Positions 20,062 through 31,280 of a stretch of DNA of 64,000 nucleotides are shown in pieces; position 1 is the first letter of the stretch, and the number at the start of each line of letters is the position of its first letter. This DNA is from Treponemataceae bacterium (lineage in GTDB: Bacteria; Spirochaetota; Spirochaetia; Treponematales; Rectinemataceae): positions 32,001-96,000 of the forward strand of contig CAXXGJ010000017.1 of the NCBI GenBank assembly GCA_963677895.2, read 5' to 3'. The notes below the pieces were generated by a model. That model saw nothing but the letters and a program-made list of their open reading frames with translations. It had not been told where the DNA came from and searched no databases. The position numbers were made by a program, and so were the translations under genes.

Positions 20062-20989
20062 TGCTGCCCTCCCCGTCCTGGCCGTTCTTCATTTCCTTCA
20101 GGGCTTCGAGCCTCGCCTTCCGTTCCATTCTCGCTTTCCGGATTCCCGCAGGCGTCAGTTCCATGCCGCCCATGAGCCCCTTGGGACGGGAAATCATGAT
20201 GAGTATGACCGCGGCTCCGTAGAACACGAGTCGCCAGATCTCGAAGGCGCGCAGGATTTCGGGCAGGGCCGTGAGCAGAAGGGCGCCCAACACGGAACCG
20301 GAGATCGAACCCAGTCCTCCAAAGATGACGATGATGGTGAGTTCGGTGGATTTTGTCATCGAGAACATCTTCGGCTGGAGGAAGGTCATGTAGTGGGCGA
20401 AGAAAACGCCCGCCACGCCGGCATAGACGGCGCTGACGATGAGCGCGATCATTTTATACCGGAATACGTTGATGCCCGATATCTGGGCCGCCAGCTCTTC
20501 CTCGCGGACCGCTATCATGTTGCGGCCGTGCCTCGACTTCACGAGGTTGGCGAGGAAAATGACGGCCAGCACGTCGACGAGAATGATGGCGGGCAACGTC
20601 GACTTGTAGGGAATGCCGGGCCAGCCGCGGGCGCCGCCGAATACCTGCACGTTGTTGAGCACGAGCCTCGTGGCTTCTCCGAAACCGAGCGTCGCGATGC
20701 AGAAATAGTCGCCCTTCAGGTTGAGGGTTATGCGACCCAGGAAGTAGCTGACTATGCCGGCGGCGGCTCCGCCGGCGATGACGCCGACGAAGAAAGGAAG
20801 CCCAAGGCCAGCGGGAGTCGTCGCCGGCGAAACGGTCATGAGGGCGCCGACGAAAGCGCCTATCGCCATGAATCCCGCGTGACCGAACGAGAACAGCCCA
20901 GTGAAACCGGTGAGCAGGCTCAGGCCGAGTACGGCGATGAGGTTGATCCCGGCGAGCATCAGGATGCCCTGGATATATGTCCAATCCAT
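20054..20989 (-). CDS. livM: Branched-chain amino acid ABC permease
   Basis: [24 protein letters not shown]. Confidence 0.92.
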   Translation of the reverse strand: MDWTYIQGILMLAGINLIAVLGLSLLTGFTGLFSFGHAGFMAIGAFVGALMTVSPATTPAGLGLPFFVGVIAGGAAAGIVSYFLGRITLNLKGDYFCIATLGFGEATRLVLNNVQVFGGARGWPGIPYKSTLPAIILVDVLAVIFLANLVKSRHGRNMIAVREEELAAQISGINVFRYKMIALIVSAVYAGVAGVFFAHYMTFLQPKMFSMTKSTELTIIVIFGGLGSISGSVLGALLLTALPEILRAFEIWRLVFYGAAVILIMISRPKGLMGGMELTPAGIRKARMERKARLEALKEMKNGQDGEGSNG

Positions 20990-21005
20990 CTTATTCCCCC
21001 GGGCC

Positions 21006-21884
21006 TCAGGCCTTGTCCACGGTGTTCTTACCCATGATGCCGGTCGGCCTGAATATGAGAACGCCGATAAGAATTACGAACGCGATGAGATCGCGGTATT
21101 GTGATGAGATATACCCCGCAACGAGGGTTTCGATGATTCCGAGGATCACGGAGCCGATGACGGCTCCCGGCAGGCTCCCCAATCCCCCGAATACGGCGGC
21201 TATGAAGGATTTGGTCGTGATATTCCCGATCTGCGGATACACCGTGTATTTCATGCCGAAGAAGACGCCGGCCACTCCCGCGAGAAAGCCGCCAAGGCCG
21301 AACACGATCAGGATGATCTTGTCCGTATTCACGCCCATGAGGGCGCAGGCTTTGATATTATAGGCCGCCGCCTGGATGGCCTTGCCCATTTTCGTCTTTT
21401 CTATGAAGAGGATCAGTCCTCCGAGACAGATGGCGGAGATGAAGAACATAAGGAGATCCAGCCTGCCTATCGCCAATGGTCCGAGCTTGATGGGAGTCCT
21501 TTCTATTACCTGCGGATAGGTCCTGAACGTTGGACCAATCGTAGCTATGACGATGTTCTCGAGGAGAATCGAAGCGCCCATCGCGGAAATGATGAAGTAG
21601 AGGAAGGGCGCGTTTCGTTCGCGCAATGGTTTGTAGGCTACCCTCTCCACCAGAATCGCCAGCAGGGTGGTTCCTACGGTCGCGAGCAGAAAGGCCGCGA
21701 TAAAGGGAAGTTTCAGCAGTGTGAGCGCGAAGAAACCGAAGTAAGCGCCCAGCATTATGACGCCGCCATGAGCGAAATTGGAAAAATTCATGATGGAGTA
21801 TACGAGTGAATAACCAACAGCCATCAAGGCGTACACGGAGCCGATCGAGAGCCCGTTTATCAACTGTTGAAGGAACTGAGTCAT
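21006..21884 (-). CDS. livH: Branched-chain amino acid ABC permease
   Basis: [31 protein letters not shown]. Confidence 0.93.
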   Translation of the reverse strand: MTQFLQQLINGLSIGSVYALMAVGYSLVYSIMNFSNFAHGGVIMLGAYFGFFALTLLKLPFIAAFLLATVGTTLLAILVERVAYKPLRERNAPFLYFIISAMGASILLENIVIATIGPTFRTYPQVIERTPIKLGPLAIGRLDLLMFFISAICLGGLILFIEKTKMGKAIQAAAYNIKACALMGVNTDKIILIVFGLGGFLAGVAGVFFGMKYTVYPQIGNITTKSFIAAVFGGLGSLPGAVIGSVILGIIETLVAGYISSQYRDLIAFVILIGVLIFRPTGIMGKNTVDKA

Positions 21885-21913
21885 GGCCTGTCCTCTTTCG
21901 GCGGGATGGGTGT

Positions 21914-21953
21914 CGGCGCGTTCGCTGGACTGGGAAGTCCAGCGAACGCGCCG
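21914..21953. repeat. Perfect 18-bp inverted repeat in the livK-livH spacer
   Basis: cggcgcgttcgctggact-ggga-agtccagcgaacgcgccg. Confidence 0.85.
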
Positions 21954-21960
21954 CCCGATG

Positions 21961-22019
21961 AAAAAATCGGGCAGTCCCGAAGCGTCGGAGGCATTCCCCC
22001 GGCGCTTCGTTGACTGCCC
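21961..22019 (-). terminator. Hairpin plus T6 after the binding-protein gene (partial terminator or mRNA stabiliser)
   Basis: Minus strand gggcagtc..cgaagcg...cgcttcg..gactgccc followed by gatttttt. Confidence 0.7.
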
Positions 22020-22033
22020 TTTAACAACCGCGC

Positions 22034-23188
22034 TTACTCAGCGGCGTACTTTTCCTGGAATACATACTTGCCATCGATTATCTTGAGGATGGCTGCGTCC
22101 TTGCCTTCGGGGTTGTGCGTCGTCGGGCTGATATTGATCTTGCCCGTGATGCCCTGAACCTGGATGCCTTCAAACGCCTTGGCCAAAGCCTCGCCATTCA
22201 CCTTGCCCGCTTTCTCGAGACCGGCGACCAGCAGAAGCACCGCGTCGTGGACGAGATAGCCATTGAGCTCGGTTTCCTTGCCGTATTTGGCCAGGTAGCG
22301 CGCTTTATAGTCGGCGACGGCCGGATCGGCATAATCGAGATGGTTGACGAAATAGGAACCCTCGACGGCTTTTCCGCCCATGGAGATAAGCTGCTCCGAA
22401 GGCCATCCGTCTCCGCCCATCATCACCTGCGTCATGCCAAGCTCCCTGGCCTGGTTGGCTGAGAGCGCCACTTCTTTGAAGAAGTAGGGCATGAAGATGA
22501 TGTCGGGATTCGCCGCCTTGATCTTGGAGAGCTGGGGCCTGAAATCCACGTCGCCGGCGTTGAACGACTCGTCGGCCACGATGGTGCCGCCCTTCTTCTC
22601 GAAATTCATCTTGAAGAATTCGCGGAGGCCCTGGGAATAGTCGTCGGACACATCGTAGAGGATGGCCGCTTTCTTGGCGCCCAGTCTGTCGAAGGCATAG
22701 CCCGCCGCAACGGCGCCCTGGTAGGGGTCGATGAAGCAGACGCGGAAGTTATAGGGTTTTACCTTGCCGTCAAGGACAGTGACCTTGGGATTGGTCGCTA
22801 CGGTGGCGATATCGGGAACCTTGGCCTGCTCGAGGACTGGCGCTATGGGGATCGCGTTTCCAGAGGCGTTGGGACCGAGTATGGCGACGACTTTATCCTG
22901 TCCCGTGAGTCTCTTTACTACGTTTACCGCTTCCTGCGCATCGCCTTTGTTATCGTAGCCGATGGCTTCGAGCTTGTATTTCTTGTTGCCGACCTGGATT
23001 CCGCCCGCGGCATTATATTCCTCGAACAACATCTTGACGGTGTTGAACTCGTTTTCGCCCCATACAGCCTGGTCTCCGGTCAAAGCGCCGAACCAGCCCA
23101 CCTTGATCGTGTCGCTTTTCCCGCTGCTGGCGCAGCCGGCAAAAGCCAGGGAGACGATAAGAACCAAAGCAAAAATCGCCCTCTTCAT
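22034..23188 (-). CDS. Branched-chain amino acid ABC substrate-binding lipoprotein (LivK/LivJ family)
   Basis: Lipobox LAFAGC, ALTG, FRVCFID, GGDGW; GGAGG RBS before ATG 23188. Confidence 0.92.
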   Translation of the reverse strand: MKRAIFALVLIVSLAFAGCASSGKSDTIKVGWFGALTGDQAVWGENEFNTVKMLFEEYNAAGGIQVGNKKYKLEAIGYDNKGDAQEAVNVVKRLTGQDKVVAILGPNASGNAIPIAPVLEQAKVPDIATVATNPKVTVLDGKVKPYNFRVCFIDPYQGAVAAGYAFDRLGAKKAAILYDVSDDYSQGLREFFKMNFEKKGGTIVADESFNAGDVDFRPQLSKIKAANPDIIFMPYFFKEVALSANQARELGMTQVMMGGDGWPSEQLISMGGKAVEGSYFVNHLDYADPAVADYKARYLAKYGKETELNGYLVHDAVLLLVAGLEKAGKVNGEALAKAFEGIQVQGITGKINISPTTHNPEGKDAAILKIIDGKYVFQEKYAAE

Positions 23189-23299
23189 AATTCCTCCTTG
23201 GAATTCAATGCAAACAGCCGACAGTATACTCCCGGTGCGGGAGATGAACAACCTTTTTTTTCGCCATGAAAACGGAGTTCGAGAAGGTTTTTCCCTTCA

Positions 23300-25135
23300 T
23301 TACTCGACGGTCACGCTTTTCGCTAGATTTCGCGGCTGATCCACGTCCCTCCCGAGTTCCAGCGCGCAGAAGTAGGCAAAAAGCTGGAGCGGCACGACCA
23401 TGGAGAAGGGATAGAAGCGCGGATCGGCCTTGGGCACTGGTATGAAATCGTCGACAAGCCTTCTCGTCTCCTCGTCGCCTTCCACGCCCACGGCGATGAC
23501 GGGACCTCCCCTCGCCTTGATCTCCCTGATATTGGAGATCGTCTTCTCGCGAAGGTAGTCGTCCGACACGAGGAAGACGCTCGGAACCTCGGGGGTCACG
23601 AGGGCGATGGGTCCATGTTTCATTTCACCGGCGCTGCAGCCTTCCGCGTGGATATAGCTGATTTCCTTGAGTTTGAGCGCGCCTTCCAGCGCGATGGGGT
23701 AAAGAATGCCGCGCCCGAGGAAGAGAAAGTCCTTCGCCTTGGAATATTTCCTGGCGATGGCCTGGATATTGTCGCGTTGCTTCAGGACAGTCTCGACCAT
23801 CTCGGGCACCTTCTGGAGGGAGACGAGGAATTTCGTCCCTTCCTCCCTGGACATGTCGCGCATCCTGGCCATGAGCAAGGTGAAGAGGTAGAAAGCGGCC
23901 AGCTGGCTCGTGAAAGCCTTGGTCGAGGCCACGGCGATCTCGGGACCGGAATGAACGTAGATGCCGCCATCCGATTCCCTGGCGATCGTCGAGCCTACGA
24001 CATTGCAGATTCCGAGCACCGACCCGCCTTTTCTCTGAATTTCGCGCATGGCATAGAGGGAATCCGCGGTCTCGCCGGACTGGCTCACGGTGAACCAGAG
24101 GCTATCTTTTTCCATCACGGGATTCCTGTATCGAAGCTCGCTCGCCAGCTCCGCGCTGGCGGGAATGCGCGCCACTTGCTCGAGGAGATGGGAACCGACC
24201 AGGCCGGCGTGCCAGCTCGTGCCCGCCGCGATTATTTTCACTCTTCCTATTCCGGCGAATCTGCGCCTTTCCATATTGAGGCCGCCCAGCTTAGCCGTCG
24301 AATTTTCCGCGTCCAGACGTCCGCTCAAGGCCCTCGCTATGGATTCGGGCTGCTCGAATATTTCCTTTTCCATATGGCAGGGATAGGCTCCCTTTTCGAT
24401 GGAACCCAGCTCCCAGGTGATTTCGTCCACCTTTTTGTCTACTTTGCGTTCTTCCTTGTCTATTATAGAGTAGCTGTCTTTCCCGATATCGACGATTTCC
24501 CCGTCGTTGAGATAGATGACCTTGTTGGTATAGGCCACCATCGCGGTGATGTCGCTGGCGAGAAACATTTCGCCCGCGCCCACGCCCACCACGAGGGGGC
24601 TGCCGTTTCTCGCGCCCACGATGCGCCCCGGCTCGTCGGCGTGTATGACGGCGATGCCGTAGGTGCCCTGAAGGTTCTGGATGGCCGCCTTCACCGCCTC
24701 GAGAAGATCGCCCCTGTAATATTCGGCTATGAGATGGGGGATGACTTCCGTATCGGTTTCGCTCACGAAGACGCAGCCTTTTTTTTCAAGCATGGACTTC
24801 AGCGCGTGATGGTTTTCGATGATGCCGTTGTGGACGACCGCTATCTTGCCCGAGTTGTCGGTGTGTGGATGGGCGTTGGCTTCGGTGACGCCGCCATGCG
24901 TCGCCCAGCGGGTATGGCCTATGCCCCAGGTCCCGTCCATATCGGAAGGAATCGCCGACTTGAGCGCGGCGATTTTCCCCACCGACTTCACGATTCCCAA
25001 AGGATGGTCGGCATAGGCTCTCCCCCCGACGGCGATGCCGGCGGAGTCGTAGCCTCTGTATTCCAGTCGCCTGAGTCCTTCGAGAAGGATGGATGATGTT
25101 TTCCTGGGTCCCGAATAGCCGATTATGCCGCACAT
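23300..25135 (-). CDS. glmS: Glutamine-fructose-6-phosphate aminotransferase
   Basis: MCGI start, RLEYRGYDSAG, GHTRWATHG, SQSGETAD, PRNLAKSVTVE end. Confidence 0.98.
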   Translation of the reverse strand: MCGIIGYSGPRKTSSILLEGLRRLEYRGYDSAGIAVGGRAYADHPLGIVKSVGKIAALKSAIPSDMDGTWGIGHTRWATHGGVTEANAHPHTDNSGKIAVVHNGIIENHHALKSMLEKKGCVFVSETDTEVIPHLIAEYYRGDLLEAVKAAIQNLQGTYGIAVIHADEPGRIVGARNGSPLVVGVGAGEMFLASDITAMVAYTNKVIYLNDGEIVDIGKDSYSIIDKEERKVDKKVDEITWELGSIEKGAYPCHMEKEIFEQPESIARALSGRLDAENSTAKLGGLNMERRRFAGIGRVKIIAAGTSWHAGLVGSHLLEQVARIPASAELASELRYRNPVMEKDSLWFTVSQSGETADSLYAMREIQRKGGSVLGICNVVGSTIARESDGGIYVHSGPEIAVASTKAFTSQLAAFYLFTLLMARMRDMSREEGTKFLVSLQKVPEMVETVLKQRDNIQAIARKYSKAKDFLFLGRGILYPIALEGALKLKEISYIHAEGCSAGEMKHGPIALVTPEVPSVFLVSDDYLREKTISNIREIKARGGPVIAVGVEGDEETRRLVDDFIPVPKADPRFYPFSMVVPLQLFAYFCALELGRDVDQPRNLAKSVTVE

Positions 25136-25307
25136 GAACAGCTCCTTCCGGTCGCGATAGCAGAATGACAGTCGATTTTTGCGTTGTGGTTCGGTAAAAA
25201 GGAAACCGGAACCAAATTTGTTTCATAATACAGAATCTTGGCCAAATTACCAGCCTTGCGACAGTCCGAAGATTGAAAAAACGCCGAAAAGCTTCTATCG
25301 TATCCCA

Positions 25308-26066
25308 ATGGAATTCCAATTGCGGCGTTTCGCGACGGTCGGTTCCACGATGGATATCGCGAGAAGTCTCATCGCCAGCGAGACAGAATCCGGGTTGATC
25401 ATCACGGCGGATGCGCAGACGGCGGGCAGAGGAAGGATCGAGGGCAGATCCTGGGAAGCCGGTCCAGGTACCTCGTTGCTCATGACCCTCTGCCTGAAAG
25501 GCGACTTTTCCGCCGCGATAGCCCCCTCCTTGAGGATCGGCCTTGCCGTCCATGATGTCCTGTCCAAGTATGCGCCCTCCCGTATCCTCATCAAATGGCC
25601 GAACGACATTCTGGGGCTGAGCGTCGTCGAAGATGACGCTCAGCCCCGCTTCAGGAAGCTGGGCGGCCTTCTCTGCGAGACGACGGGAGGCTGGCTGCTG
25701 GCGGGCATAGGGATCAATCTGAGGAAGGAATCCTATCCTGAGACGCTGAAGGAAAAGGCCATAAGCCTCGTTGAAGTCGCCGGTATCATGCCGGAACCCG
25801 ACAGGCTGGCCTCAGCCCTGGCGATAGCCATAGCGGAAGCGGCCGTGAGCCGGCTGGAGGACAAGGCCTGGCGCGAGGATTACGAAAAGGCGTTGTGGGG
25901 TATGGGCGAGGAGATCGGTTTCAGAGTCGGGCATCCCGAGCGCGGCGACGAGAAAAAGGGAAAAATCCGGGGCATCGACGGTTCGGGACGGCTTCTGCTC
26001 CTTGGGGAAAAAGGCGAAGCCGAGGCTTTCTGGTCGGGGGAGATTTCAAGCCTGAAGAGTGTTTAG
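25308..26066 (+). CDS. birA: Biotin protein ligase without HTH domain
   Basis: QTAGRGR, KWPND, KLGGLLCE, GIGINL. Confidence 0.9.
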   Translation: MEFQLRRFATVGSTMDIARSLIASETESGLIITADAQTAGRGRIEGRSWEAGPGTSLLMTLCLKGDFSAAIAPSLRIGLAVHDVLSKYAPSRILIKWPNDILGLSVVEDDAQPRFRKLGGLLCETTGGWLLAGIGINLRKESYPETLKEKAISLVEVAGIMPEPDRLASALAIAIAEAAVSRLEDKAWREDYEKALWGMGEEIGFRVGHPERGDEKKGKIRGIDGSGRLLLLGEKGEAEAFWSGEISSLKSV

Positions 26067-26073
26067 CGGCTTC

Positions 26074-26143
26074 GGGAAGGGCCGCCTTGTAAAAGACCGC
26101 TATGAAAAGGCCGCCTAGGAAAGGCCGCTCTGGATCAGGCCGC
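26074..26143. repeat. Five degenerate 14-15-bp tandem units (core AAGGCCGC); the last spans the neighbouring stop codon
   Basis: CCGC ends at 26085, 26100, 26114, 26128 and 26143. Confidence 0.7.
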
Positions 26144-27061
26144 GAAACCATCCTCCATCGCCTTGATCGCGAGAAGGAGAATTTGGTTTATGGGCGCCGA
26201 CAGTCCGCATTCGCGCGATTTTTCCACGACGACGCGGGCGAAGGCTTCCACCTCCGTCTTCCGCCCCGCCTCCACATCCTGAAGCATGGACGTTTTGCCG
26301 TTTTCATTCAAATTGTCTATAGTCGCGAAGATAGTGTCGATATCCTCGGGGACGAGGCCCTTACCCAGGGCATCGGACAGCGCGATCACTTCCTTCATCG
26401 TCTCAGTTAGAAGCAGCCTGGCCGGAACGCTCTTCTGGAACAGGCCATAGGAGCCGCGGATGAGGGCTGACCATTGATTCAAGGCGACGTTGATCATGAA
26501 TTTGTACCAGAGAACCCTGGCCATATCAGGAGGCGTCGTGTGCCGGATGTTATGGGCATCGAAGAAGCGCGAAACCGACGTTATGCGATTTTCCGAAGCC
26601 TCCGGAAAGTCCTTTTCGAAGCCGAATCGAATTTCTCCCGGGGATTTGAATTCAATGCTGTTGCCCACCCGCAAGGCATCGATGGCTATTATGATGGCTA
26701 AAGGCACTTTTTCCCGGCCAAATTCGGTGCGAAGGATTTCTTCGCTCGATATGCCGTTGAGAAGCGACAGGATCGTCGTGTCCGGACCTACAAAGGGGCG
26801 CATCTCCTCGATCGCCCCGGCCAGTCCGTCGGTCTTCACCGATACGATGACGAGGTCGTAGGGCCCATCGACGGCGGCGTCGGCGATCCGGAAGGAATAG
26901 TGCTTTTCGTTGACGATGAAGCCTTCGCGAAGATAGCGTTCCTTGCGTTCTCCCGCGGCGCAGAGGGCTACCGCCTCGCTGTTTATGTCGAATAGTATCG
27001 AGGCCACCGCCGCCCCGATGGCGCCGGCGCCGACGACCAAGGCCGATTTGATTTCCTTCAT
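26135..27061 (-). CDS. Ketopantoate reductase family protein (PanE/ApbA)
   Basis: GAGAIG, LLNG, WYKFMIN, TSMLQD...RKTE. Confidence 0.9.
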   Translation of the reverse strand: MKEIKSALVVGAGAIGAAVASILFDINSEAVALCAAGERKERYLREGFIVNEKHYSFRIADAAVDGPYDLVIVSVKTDGLAGAIEEMRPFVGPDTTILSLLNGISSEEILRTEFGREKVPLAIIIAIDALRVGNSIEFKSPGEIRFGFEKDFPEASENRITSVSRFFDAHNIRHTTPPDMARVLWYKFMINVALNQWSALIRGSYGLFQKSVPARLLLTETMKEVIALSDALGKGLVPEDIDTIFATIDNLNENGKTSMLQDVEAGRKTEVEAFARVVVEKSRECGLSAPINQILLLAIKAMEDGFAA

Positions 27062-27075
27062 GCGTACTCCTGCGC

Positions 27076-28347
27076 TCAGATGCGGTATTTTCCCAGCCGG
27101 CCCTCAAGACGATTCGGGATTCTGCACCGGACGATCGTCCTGTCGTCCTCGGTCTTCTCTTCGATGATGGATCCCTCGCGATGGATAAGGGGGATCAGGG
27201 AATATTCCGAATGCGGGATGGCGAGCAGGACTTCCTCCATGTCGGAAGTAAGGCTTTTTTCTATGAGCAGAGCGAGACTGTCGAGTCCATGTCCCGTTTT
27301 GGCGGAGACCGCCAGGCCCTCGGGGTGCATTCGCTTCCACTGTTCCAGAGCCGCGGGCTCGGCGATATCGATCTTGTTGAGCACGAGAATCCTGGGCAGC
27401 TCGGCGGCGCCTATCTCGGCGAGGACTTTTTCGGTCGTGGCCATATGGATCTCTACTTCGGGATCGGAAGCGTCCGCGACGTGGATAAGGAGATCCGAAG
27501 CCGAGGCTTCCTCGAGCGTGGCCTTGAAGGCATCGACCAGGTTGTGGGGAAGGTTGCGCACGAAGCCTACGGTATCGGTGAGGAGAAGCGTGGCTCCGGA
27601 CTTGAGGATGAGCTTGCGCGTCGTGGGATCGAGGGTCGCGAAGAGCTTGTCCTCGGCGAGCACGTTGGCCGTGGTCAGGGCGTTCAGAAGGCTGGACTTG
27701 CCCGCGTTCGTGTATCCGACGATGGCCGCCCTCGGCAGTTCGATGCGTTCCCGCCGTCTGCGCTGGACTTCGCGCGACTTTTTCACATCCTTCATTTCTT
27801 CCTTGATTTCATGAATTCTGTGTTCTATCGAACGGCGGTCCAGTTCGATCTTCTGTTCGCCGGAACCCTTCGTGCCGTAGCGGCCGCCGCGCTGGCGAGA
27901 AAGGTCCTCGTAGGAATGAGCCAGCCGCGGCATGGCGAATTCAAGTTGCGCGAGTTCGACCTGGAGCCCGGCTTCCCTGGTCAGCGCCCTTGAGGAGAAT
28001 ATTTTGATGATGAGTTCCGCCCTGTCGTAGACTTTCTTGCCCGAAAGTTTCTCCCAGTTTCTCTGCTGGCTGGGGCTGATGGGGTGGTCGAAAACAATGG
28101 AATCCACGTTGTCCGATTTGGCGATGGCCACGATCTCGTCGGCCTTGCCGGTGCCTACGAGGAGGCTGGCCGTCTTTTCGCGGAGCTTGACGGAAATGGA
28201 GTCGACAACCTCGAGACCGAGCGTCTTGGCGAGGCTGCCGAGCTCGTGAAGGAGGCTCAAAGCCTCCTCCTTCTTGACCGCGTCGATTTCTATGCCGACG
28301 AGAAGCGCCCGCTCAGCCTTGGGGCGCGGATCGAAATATTCGTTCAT
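27076..28347 (-). CDS. hflX: Ribosome-splitting GTPase HflX
   Basis: LQVELAQL, GYTNAGKSS, LFATLDPT, DTVGF, NKID. Confidence 0.96.
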   Translation of the reverse strand: MNEYFDPRPKAERALLVGIEIDAVKKEEALSLLHELGSLAKTLGLEVVDSISVKLREKTASLLVGTGKADEIVAIAKSDNVDSIVFDHPISPSQQRNWEKLSGKKVYDRAELIIKIFSSRALTREAGLQVELAQLEFAMPRLAHSYEDLSRQRGGRYGTKGSGEQKIELDRRSIEHRIHEIKEEMKDVKKSREVQRRRRERIELPRAAIVGYTNAGKSSLLNALTTANVLAEDKLFATLDPTTRKLILKSGATLLLTDTVGFVRNLPHNLVDAFKATLEEASASDLLIHVADASDPEVEIHMATTEKVLAEIGAAELPRILVLNKIDIAEPAALEQWKRMHPEGLAVSAKTGHGLDSLALLIEKSLTSDMEEVLLAIPHSEYSLIPLIHREGSIIEEKTEDDRTIVRCRIPNRLEGRLGKYRI

Positions 28348-28398
28348 ATGCTACCTACCGGATATAGAATACCATATCGGCACGGAAAAACCCAGCTG

Positions 28399-29952
28399 TC
28401 AGCGACGGCTATTCACTCCCCAGGCATCCAGCCTGCGCCGATGAACGCTCATTCTCGCGAGGAAATCCGGATAATTGCGTCGCGCTTTTGGAGTCCAGAA
28501 TACCTCCGCGAGGGCGCAGAGCCGAGGAAACAGCATATACTCGGCCTGTCTCCCGAAACAAAGGAGTTCGCTCCACAAATTCCCCTGCGCGCCGATTATC
28601 CTCTCCTCCTGGCCAGGATCGATCCCCTGCGGGACAGGGTCGAAGGCATAGCAGTCTTCGAGCGTGCAAACACCCAACTGCCCAGGTTCCTCGGGCTCCT
28701 CTGTCTGTTTATGATCCAGATAACAGGCCTTCGTCTGTGGGCAGGCCACCACATCGAAACTGGCATTCGCTGCCGCGGCGATTCGGCCTTCGTTCCTCCA
28801 TGCCATGACGACCGAATCCCGCCCTAGGGTCTCGTTCATGATCTCATCCCAGCCGATCATCCGCCTTCCCCGCGCCGCGAGCATATCAGCCATTCTTCCC
28901 ATGAACCACGCCTGGAGCCGTTCCGGATCAAGCTCTCCCTTTTCGTCACGGAAATTCAACGTTTCCATCCTCGATACGCAGCGAGGGCAGGTTCTCCACT
29001 TTCCCTTGGGAGCTTCATCGCCCCCCATATGCACATAGGGACCGGGAAATAGCGCACAGACCTCGTCCAACACCCTGCCGATGAAGCTGAAGACATCATC
29101 GTTGCCGGCACAGAGAATATCGTCGAAGACGCCGAAACGATCCTCTGGCTTGAAAACCTTATCGGCATCGGCGGCCCCGGCGCAGGAGAATTCCGGATGC
29201 GACGCGAGGAGGGCTACCGCATGGCCAGGCGTCTCAATCTCCGGGACGATCGTTATGTGGCGGATTCGCGCATATTCCACGATGCGCGCTATATCGGCCA
29301 CGCCGTAGCTTCCCGCGCGCCATAGCGGTAGGTTGTATCGCCCATCGAGCCTACGGGATCCGATTTCCGCCGCCTCAGGGGCGAACGACAACTCGAGGCG
29401 CCACGCTTGATCATCGGTCAGATGCCAGTGGAGCGTATTGAGCTTGTGGAGGGCGGCGAGATCGAGCATTTTTTCGATGAAGGCTATGCCGAAATAGCTG
29501 CGCGCCGTATCGAGCATCAGCCCTCTCCATGCGAAGCGGGGGTAATCCTCGATCGTCGCGGCCGGAATCCGCCCTTTCCCGGAGAGCGCGAGTTGGGCGA
29601 TGCTGGACGCGCCGCGCACGACTCCCGCGGCGCCCTCGGCGAGCAGGCGGATTCCGGCCGGCTCGATGTCGATCTTGTGCCATTCCTCCCCGCCGACCTT
29701 CCCTCTTTTTGAAATGAAAAGCCGAGGTTCCCGCGAAGACAGGGAGGAGGAAACCTCATCGTCGATCTCGACGGGAAAGCCTTTGATCAGCGCCCTTTCC
29801 AGCCATTCCGAAAGGAGCCGGGCTTCATCGAGCCAGTCGAACGGCGCGACGATAGAGCAGCCGTGCGATATATCGCAGATGCCACGCCGCTCCCGATAGA
29901 AGGCGGGCGCCGGCACAAGGCCGCCGCACCTCGACTTTTTTTTATAGTTCAT
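28399..29952 (-). CDS. GH20 beta-N-acetylhexosaminidase
   Basis: WRGLMLDTAR, HWHLTDDQAWR, PEIETPGH, HMGGDE, FPRLCALAE; probable start ATG 29952. Confidence 0.93.
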   Translation of the reverse strand: MNYKKKSRCGGLVPAPAFYRERRGICDISHGCSIVAPFDWLDEARLLSEWLERALIKGFPVEIDDEVSSSLSSREPRLFISKRGKVGGEEWHKIDIEPAGIRLLAEGAAGVVRGASSIAQLALSGKGRIPAATIEDYPRFAWRGLMLDTARSYFGIAFIEKMLDLAALHKLNTLHWHLTDDQAWRLELSFAPEAAEIGSRRLDGRYNLPLWRAGSYGVADIARIVEYARIRHITIVPEIETPGHAVALLASHPEFSCAGAADADKVFKPEDRFGVFDDILCAGNDDVFSFIGRVLDEVCALFPGPYVHMGGDEAPKGKWRTCPRCVSRMETLNFRDEKGELDPERLQAWFMGRMADMLAARGRRMIGWDEIMNETLGRDSVVMAWRNEGRIAAAANASFDVVACPQTKACYLDHKQTEEPEEPGQLGVCTLEDCYAFDPVPQGIDPGQEERIIGAQGNLWSELLCFGRQAEYMLFPRLCALAEVFWTPKARRNYPDFLARMSVHRRRLDAWGVNSRR

Positions 29953-31280
29953 AGCCGGCGATGACATCGCGATAATAATAGAAACTGTCTTTTGGCGTTC
30001 TGACGAAGGTATGGGGATCGACTGCCACGATGCCGAATTTCCGGCTGTACCCGCAAGCCCATTCGAAATTGTCCATGAGCGTCCAAGCGAAATATCCCTT
30101 CAGTGGAACGCCGTCGCCTATCGCGTCCCTACAAGCCTCAAAATGGCCGCGGAAATATTCTATTCTCTTCGTATCGCGAATTCTTCCCGAATCGCAGGAG
30201 ACATCGGAAAATGCCGCGCCATTCTCGGTGATGTAAAAAGCCTTCGGGGACCATTCTCCGTCGATGAAGCCAAGAATCCGCCTCAACCCCTGAGGTACGA
30301 CTTCCCAACCCATCTCCGTCTTCTCCTGCCAGCTTTTCGCTGCAGCATAACCGAGCGGGTTGCCAGGGCCTTTTGGAGCCGCCGTAACGGCATTCTCGCC
30401 GTAGTAGTTGATGCCGATAAAGTCCAGCGGCGCGGCGATGATATCCATATCGCCGGGTTCTATGGGAAAAACGGCGCCTGTCGCGTCCATATATTCTTTG
30501 GGATAGCCCCTCCCGTACAGCGGATCGAGCCACAGCGCCGTGCGCTCGAGCGACGCGCGCCAAGCCGCTGCAGCGTCCTCGGGCCCGCGGGTAGCGGGCC
30601 TCGGCGCGTCGGGATTGACGATGATGCCGAATTCGCCCCCTAAGCCGCTTTGCCTGAAGGATCTGTCGGCGAGCCCATGCGCCAGAAGGAGATGATGGAC
30701 GGCCTTATATGCCGCTCTGTCATCCTTCAGGCCAGGGGCATGTTCCCCATCCCTGTAACCGAGAAATGCCGAGCACCATAACTCGTTGAAGCTCGCCCAG
30801 TGCTTAACCCTTGCGCCGAGATGACGATACACTATGCTCGCATATTCATCGAAACGGAAGGCGGTATCCCTCTCCCGCCAGCCCCCTTTCCTCTCGAGCC
30901 CGAGAGGAAGATCCCAGTGGTAGAGGGTGACCCACGGCTCGATGCCAGCTTCAAGAAGTGCGTCGACGAGGCGTGAATAATAGTCCAGACCTTTAGCGTT
31001 GGGCGCGCCCTTTCCATCGGGCTGAATCCTTGGCCACGCGATGGAAAACCTATACGCGCCTACGTTGAGCGATTTTAGAAGCGAAACGTCCTCGCCATAG
31101 CGATGATAAGAATCGCAGGCGCCTGATCCGTCGCTTCCATCGGCGATTTTTCCCGGCATCCGGCAAAAATCATCCCATATCGATAAACCTCTTCCGTCTT
31201 CATCGACCGCCCCCTCTATCTGATAACTTGCCGTGGAGCAGCCCCATAAAAAATCAGGCGGAAAGTTTTTTTTCGCACAT
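29942..31280 (-). CDS. GH1 beta-glucosidase, frameshifted by one base in an A8 run after the start codon as assembled
   Basis: FPPDFLWGCSTASYQIEG lies upstream of the listed ORF start and in its frame; YRFSIAWPR, YHWDLP, NE acid/base, ITENG, DNFEW; the RBS-backed ATG 31280 is out of frame. Confidence 0.88.

Noticed and set aside
25136..25307. Possible glmS ribozyme in the glmS leader
   Set aside because: The conserved core (AGCGCC..GACGAGG) is not found on the minus strand
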